Both the position numbers and the translations under genes were made by a program. From an uncultured Bacteroidota bacterium (GTDB lineage Bacteria; Bacteroidota; Bacteroidia; UKL13-3), in NCBI GenBank assembly GCA_903834625.1, contig CAILJQ010000002.1:2980-66979 (forward strand): a stretch of 64,000 nucleotides of DNA. The letters are read 5' to 3'. Positions 59,801 to 64,000 of the stretch are shown here, in pieces. Position 1 is the stretch's first letter. Each line of letters opens with the position of its first letter. A model generated the notes under the pieces. It ran no database searches. It saw nothing but the letters and a program-made list of their open reading frames with translations, and was not told the DNA's origin.

Positions 59801-61090
59801 TAAAATATTCTCTAAAATATCCCAAATGATGGCTTCTTTGCGGTCAACCAATTTCTTGGCAGATTTTACGGTTTTTACAATACCACGCTCAAGAAGTTTA
59901 CGGATAATAAACGGCTTAAATAATTCAGCCGCCATGTTTTTAGGAATACCACACTCGTGTAATTTCAAGTTTGGTCCAACCACAATAACTGAACGACCTG
60001 AATAATCCACACGTTTACCCAACAAGTTCTGACGGAAGCGACCCTGTTTACCTTTAAGCATATCACTCAAAGATTTTAAAGGACGATTTCCTTCTGTTTT
60101 CACCGCGCTCACGCGACGGGTATTATCGAACAAGGAGTCAACTGCTTCTTGTAACATACGTTTTTCATTACGTAAAATCACCTCAGGAGCTTTGATTTCC
60201 ATCAAACGCTTCAAGCGGTTGTTACGAATGATAACCCTACGGTACAAATCATTCAAATCTGAAGTAGCAAAACGGCCACCTTCCAATGGAACTAATGGAC
60301 GTAATTCTGGTGGAATTACTGGCAAAATTTTCACTACCATCCACTCAGGACGATTTTCTGAATGGCGTTGTGAGTTACGGAATCCTTCAATAACCTTCAA
60401 GCGCTTCAAAGCTTCGTTTTTACGTTGCTGAGAAGTTTCCGTGCTAGCTTTGATACGTAAGTCGAAACTTAAAGTATCTAAATCTATACGAGATAACATG
60501 AACCAAAGTGCTTCACCACCCATTTTGGCGATGAATTTATTTGGATCTGCATCATCTAAATGTTGGTTATCTTTTGGTAAGGTATCTAGAATATCTAAGT
60601 ACTCTTCTTCAGTTAATAAATCTAGGTTTTGAACGCCGTCATTGGCTTTGATACCTGGCTGACAAACGAGGTAACGCTCATAATAAACAACCATATCCAA
60701 TTTCTTGGATGGTAATCCGAGCAAGTAACCTATTTTATTTGGAAGAGAGCGGAAATACCAGATATGTGCTACTGGAACCACCAAATTGATGTGTCCCATG
60801 CGCTCACGTCTTACTTTCTTTTCTGTTACTTCTACACCGCAACGATCACAAACGATTCCTTTGTAGCGAATACGTTTGTATTTACCACAATGACATTCGT
60901 AATCCTTGATAGGTCCAAAGATCCTTTCGCAAAACAACCCACCCATTTCAGGTTTGAAAGAGCGGTAGTTGATTGTTTCTGGCTTGGTAACTTCCCCAAA
61001 AGATCTGGTAAGGATACTTTCAGGAGACGCTAAGCCAATGCGGATTTTGGTGAAGTTGGCTTTTATTTTTTGTTCTTTTTTCAAAGACAT
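56813..61090 (-). CDS. rpoC: DNA-directed RNA polymerase subunit beta'
   Basis: NADFDGDQM active site, N-terminal Zn finger, QLTLRTFH trigger loop. Confidence 0.99.
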   Translation of the reverse strand: MSLKKEQKIKANFTKIRIGLASPESILTRSFGEVTKPETINYRSFKPEMGGLFCERIFGPIKDYECHCGKYKRIRYKGIVCDRCGVEVTEKKVRRERMGHINLVVPVAHIWYFRSLPNKIGYLLGLPSKKLDMVVYYERYLVCQPGIKANDGVQNLDLLTEEEYLDILDTLPKDNQHLDDADPNKFIAKMGGEALWFMLSRIDLDTLSFDLRIKASTETSQQRKNEALKRLKVIEGFRNSQRHSENRPEWMVVKILPVIPPELRPLVPLEGGRFATSDLNDLYRRVIIRNNRLKRLMEIKAPEVILRNEKRMLQEAVDSLFDNTRRVSAVKTEGNRPLKSLSDMLKGKQGRFRQNLLGKRVDYSGRSVIVVGPNLKLHECGIPKNMAAELFKPFIIRKLLERGIVKTVKSAKKLVDRKEAIIWDILENILKGHPILLNRAPTLHRLGIQAFQPKLVEGKAIQLHPLVCTGFNADFDGDQMAVHVPLGNAAVLEAQLLMLAPHNILNPANGAPITVPSQDMVLGLYYITKGRKTTEEFPIKGEGLTFYSSEEAIIAYNEGKVALHAWVKCRVNVMENGTLVSKVIETTMGRILFNQVVPAKHGYINELLTKKSLRDIIGNMFKEVGQDLCAAFLDDIKYLGFQYAFRGGLSFNLSYVNIPSEKEKFIKQAQAEVDEIWDNYNNGFITNNERYNQVIDIWTRINSRLADTLLKQLKEDQQGFNPVYMMLDSGARGSKEQIRQLGGMRGLMAKPQKNLSGGTGEIIENPILSNFKEGLSVIEYFISTHGARKGLADTALKTADAGYLTRRLHDVAQDVVVSEHDCGTLRGIPISALKDNEEVVETLYERILGRTSVHDIYDPISGDLIINSGEEIFEEHAQRIEESPLEIIEIRSALTCETRYGVCSKCYGRSMSTGRASQIGDAVGVIAAQSIGEPGTQLTLRTFHVGGTASNIASESQMVAKFAGTLEFEEIRTTDLKTEEGFDTVVIGRQGEIRIMDEKTGNPIITINIPYGAHLKVKNGEKVEKGRPICTWDPYNAVIISEFTGKVSFENIIENVNYKEESDEQTGHKEKVIVESRDKTKIPSIIVSEGKDKTTKEYNLPVGAHIMVEDGHKIKAGEILVKIPRVVGKTRDITGGLPRVTELFEARNPSNPAIVTEIDGVVTFGGIKRGNREIMISSKDGEQKKYLVPLSKHILVQENDFVKAGSSLSDGSISPQDILRIEGPLAVQRYILNGIMEVYRLQGVKINDKHVEVIIRQMMKHVEVQDPGDTTFLEGEFVSRWDLKQANDWIYDKKVVMESGDSATVKPGQIISVRKLRDENSQLKRKDLKVVEVRDAQSATVSQIIMGITKASLGTHSFMSAASFQETTKVLNEAAISGKVDRMLGLKENVIVGHLIPAGTGHRDYEKLVVGSKEEFEMLMASKEE

Positions 61091-61166
61091 GTTTGCGTTG
61101 TTTTATTTTGTGATACCAAACAAGCCGTAGAGATTTTCATTCCTCCAGCTTGTTTAGATTATGTTA

Positions 61167-64000
61167 TTATTCAAGTGTAAGATCTAGACCTAATCCACGT
61201 AATTCATGAGCAAGTACGTTAAACGACTCAGGAATACCAGGCGCTGGGAGGTTATCTCCCTTCACAATGGCTTCATAAGTCTTCGCACGACCAATGATAT
61301 CATCAGATTTCAATGTCAAAATCTCTTGTAGAATGTTGGCTGCGCCGTATGCTTCTAGCGCCCAAACCTCCATCTCACCAAAACGCTGACCACCAAATTG
61401 AGCTTTACCACCCAATGGTTGTTGCGTAATTAATGAGTATGGTCCGATTGAACGTGCGTGCATCTTATCATCAACCATGTGACCTAATTTAATCATATAA
61501 ATTACTCCCACAGTAACTGGTTGATCAAAACGAGCGCCAGATAAACCATCGTTTAGGTAGGTTTTACCCCAATCTGGAATACCAGCTTTACGGGTAAACT
61601 CAAGAACTTGATCATCTGAAGCACCATCAAAAATTGGTGTAGCAAATTTTACTTCTAATTCTTTAGCTGCCCATCCTAAAACGGTTTCATAGATCTGACC
61701 TAAGTTCATCCTTGAAGGTACACCCAATGGGTTCAGAACGATATCTACCGGTTTACCATTATCCATAAACGGAAGGTCTTCCTCACGAACGATACGGGCT
61801 ACAATACCCTTGTTTCCGTGACGACCAGCCATCTTATCTCCCACTTTCAACTTACGTTTTTGCGCAATGTATACTTTAGCAAGTTTTAAAATACCTGTTG
61901 GTAGTTCATCTCCTACACTAATAGCATATTCTTTTCTGCGGTAATCTGCAAGTTCTTGGTTATGGCGATTTTTAAAGTTGGTAAGGATGGTGCGAATCAA
62001 ATCATTCTTTTCAGCATCACTTGTCCAGCTATTAGCCATAACATTTGAATAATCTACCTCATTCAGGTTTTTCATGCTGAACTTGGTTCCTTTTGCAATG
62101 AGTTCTTCGTTGTATACATTGAATACACCCGCAGAAGTTTTACCAGAAAGAACTGCGAACAATTTCTCTACTAAAATTTCTTTGATATCCTTCAAGTTTT
62201 TCTCGTGCTCATCTTTCAATTTGGCAAGTTTAACTTTGTCATCTTGTTTGGCAGACTTTTCCTTTTTGGCGCGGGCAAACAATTTCTTGTCAATTACCAC
62301 ACCATTAGTTGATGGAATAGCTTTCAAAGAAGCATCTTTCACATCACCGGCTTTGTCGCCAAAAATGGCACGCAACAATTTCTCTTCTGGAGAAGGTTCA
62401 GTTTCACCTTTAGGGGTGATTTTACCAATTAAGATATCACCTTCACCTACTTCACAACCTACACGGATCAAACCGTTTTCATCTAAGTTTTTAGTAGCTT
62501 CTTCACTTACGTTAGGAATATCATTGGTTAATTCTTCTTCACCACGTTTGGTATCTCTCACTTCCAATTCATATTCTGTGATATGGATTGAGGTGAAAAT
62601 ATCTTCTTTAACAACTTTTTCAGAAATTACGATCGCATCCTCGAAGTTGAAACCTTGCCATGGCATGAATGCCACTTGAAGATTTCTACCTAAAGCAAGT
62701 TCTCCTCCTTCTGTAGCATAACCTTCGCACAATACGGTACCTTTATCAACCTTCTGACCTTTTCTTACAATTGGCTTTAGGTTAATACAAGTATTTTGAT
62801 TGGTTCTGCGGAACTTGATCAAAGGATAACTTTTGGTATCAGTACCAAAGCTTACCAATTTATCAACTTCAGTTTGCTCGTAACGGATTCTGATTTCGTT
62901 GGCATCAACATATTCAACCACACCTTTACCTTCAGCAACAATTAATGTACGTGAATCTTTGGCAACACGACCTTCCAAACCTGTACCAACTACTGGGGCT
63001 TGTGGCCTCAACAAAGGTACCGCTTGACGTTGCATGTTTGAACCCATCAAAGCACGGTTCGCATCATTGTGTTCAAGGAAAGGAATCAAAGAAGCTGCGA
63101 TGGATACAATTTGGTTTGGCGCAATGTCCATAAATTCCAATTTGTCTGACTCCACCATTGGGAAGTCACCTTCGTAACGGGCTTTAATTTTATGGTCTAA
63201 GAAATTACCATCCTTATCGTAACGAGCATTTGATTGCGCAATTACTTTTCCTTCTTCGTCTTCTGCACTTAGGTATGTTACCGCTTCCAGTGCTTTTACT
63301 TTACCATCTTCCACCTTTAAGTAAGGGGTTTCAATAAAGCCCATGCTGTTAATTTTGGCATGAACACAAAGAGAAGAAATCAAACCAATGTTTGGACCTT
63401 CAGGAGTTTCAATAGTACACAAACGACCATAATGGGTATAGTGAACGTCACGTACCTCAAAACCGGCACGGTCGCGACTCAAACCACCAGGACCAAGGGC
63501 AGACATCCTTCTTTTGTGAGTAATCTCAGCAAGAGGGTTTGTCTGATCCATGAATTGTGAAAGTTGGTTTGTACCAAAGAAAGAGTTGATAACTGAAGAC
63601 AAAGTCTTAGCGTTAATCAAATCTGTTGGAGTAAATACTTCGTTATCGCGGATGTTCATACGCTCACGGATAGTTCTAGCCATACGGGCAAGACCCACAC
63701 CAAATTGAGAGTACAATTGTTCTCCCACTGTACGAACACGACGATTACTCAAGTGATCAATATCATCCACATCGGCTCTTGAATTAGATAATTCAATTAG
63801 ATATTTGATGATAGAAACGATATCGTCTTTACTTAATACACGATTGCTCAATGGCTCGTTTTTATTGAGCTTGCGGTTGATCCTATAACGGCCCACATCA
63901 CCCAAATCATAACGTTTTTCAGAGAAGAACAACTTCTCAATTACACCACGAGCAGTTTCTTCATCTGGTGGATCAGCATTACGTAATTGGCGATAGATAT
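61167..64000 (-). CDS. rpoB: DNA-directed RNA polymerase subunit beta, 3' part (frame continues past the window edge)
   Basis: QFMDQTNPL rifampicin region, [12 protein letters not shown] and GGQRFGEME. Confidence 0.99.
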   Translation of the reverse strand, partial: IYRQLRNADPPDEETARGVIEKLFFSEKRYDLGDVGRYRINRKLNKNEPLSNRVLSKDDIVSIIKYLIELSNSRADVDDIDHLSNRRVRTVGEQLYSQFGVGLARMARTIRERMNIRDNEVFTPTDLINAKTLSSVINSFFGTNQLSQFMDQTNPLAEITHKRRMSALGPGGLSRDRAGFEVRDVHYTHYGRLCTIETPEGPNIGLISSLCVHAKINSMGFIETPYLKVEDGKVKALEAVTYLSAEDEEGKVIAQSNARYDKDGNFLDHKIKARYEGDFPMVESDKLEFMDIAPNQIVSIAASLIPFLEHNDANRALMGSNMQRQAVPLLRPQAPVVGTGLEGRVAKDSRTLIVAEGKGVVEYVDANEIRIRYEQTEVDKLVSFGTDTKSYPLIKFRRTNQNTCINLKPIVRKGQKVDKGTVLCEGYATEGGELALGRNLQVAFMPWQGFNFEDAIVISEKVVKEDIFTSIHITEYELEVRDTKRGEEELTNDIPNVSEEATKNLDENGLIRVGCEVGEGDILIGKITPKGETEPSPEEKLLRAIFGDKAGDVKDASLKAIPSTNGVVIDKKLFARAKKEKSAKQDDKVKLAKLKDEHEKNLKDIKEILVEKLFAVLSGKTSAGVFNVYNEELIAKGTKFSMKNLNEVDYSNVMANSWTSDAEKNDLIRTILTNFKNRHNQELADYRRKEYAISVGDELPTGILKLAKVYIAQKRKLKVGDKMAGRHGNKGIVARIVREEDLPFMDNGKPVDIVLNPLGVPSRMNLGQIYETVLGWAAKELEVKFATPIFDGASDDQVLEFTRKAGIPDWGKTYLNDGLSGARFDQPVTVGVIYMIKLGHMVDDKMHARSIGPYSLITQQPLGGKAQFGGQRFGEMEVWALEAYGAANILQEILTLKSDDIIGRAKTYEAIVKGDNLPAPGIPESFNVLAHELRGLGLDLTLE

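Noticed and set aside
62074..62679. 201-aa ORF antisense to rpoB, and other short antisense or alternate-frame ORFs in lon, mfd, uvrB and rpoC
   Set aside because: These are shadow ORFs of conserved genes with no recognisable motifs

Overview
A gene-dense, AT-rich chromosomal window from a Bacteroidota bacterium. The lineage is supported by T9SS type A and type B C-terminal domains, TAnnTTTG-type promoters with very short leaders, TamL and an S46 peptidase. Most of the window is housekeeping: csaA (partial), lon, mtaB, sua5, fmt, mutS2, yggS, mfd, cinA, uvrB, ugd/uxs, waaA, selD, rpoC and partial rpoB. These are interspersed with secreted and lipoprotein genes. I found no rRNA, tRNA, CRISPR array or transposase. 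The strongest unexplained signal is a dispersed, near-palindromic 10-mer, GGTTCRRACC / GGTYYGAACC, often extended to 12-16 bp. I counted 14 exact copies by eye, against roughly 0.2 expected by a crude estimate. It occurs between genes and inside genes in different reading frames, which suggests a DNA-level signal (HIP1-, uptake-sequence- or nucleoid-protein-site-like). Other notable items: an XRE-linked lipoprotein/T9SS cassette with an 11-bp inverted repeat; a 76-aa KKAA-repeat histone-H1-like protein next to a 560-bp AT-rich spacer; two divergent genes whose start codons share one CATG; a palindromic operator ahead of a yceI-dsbA-ygiD operon; and selD and mobA without their usual partners in the window. 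All calls come from reading the sequence, and no database searches were run.
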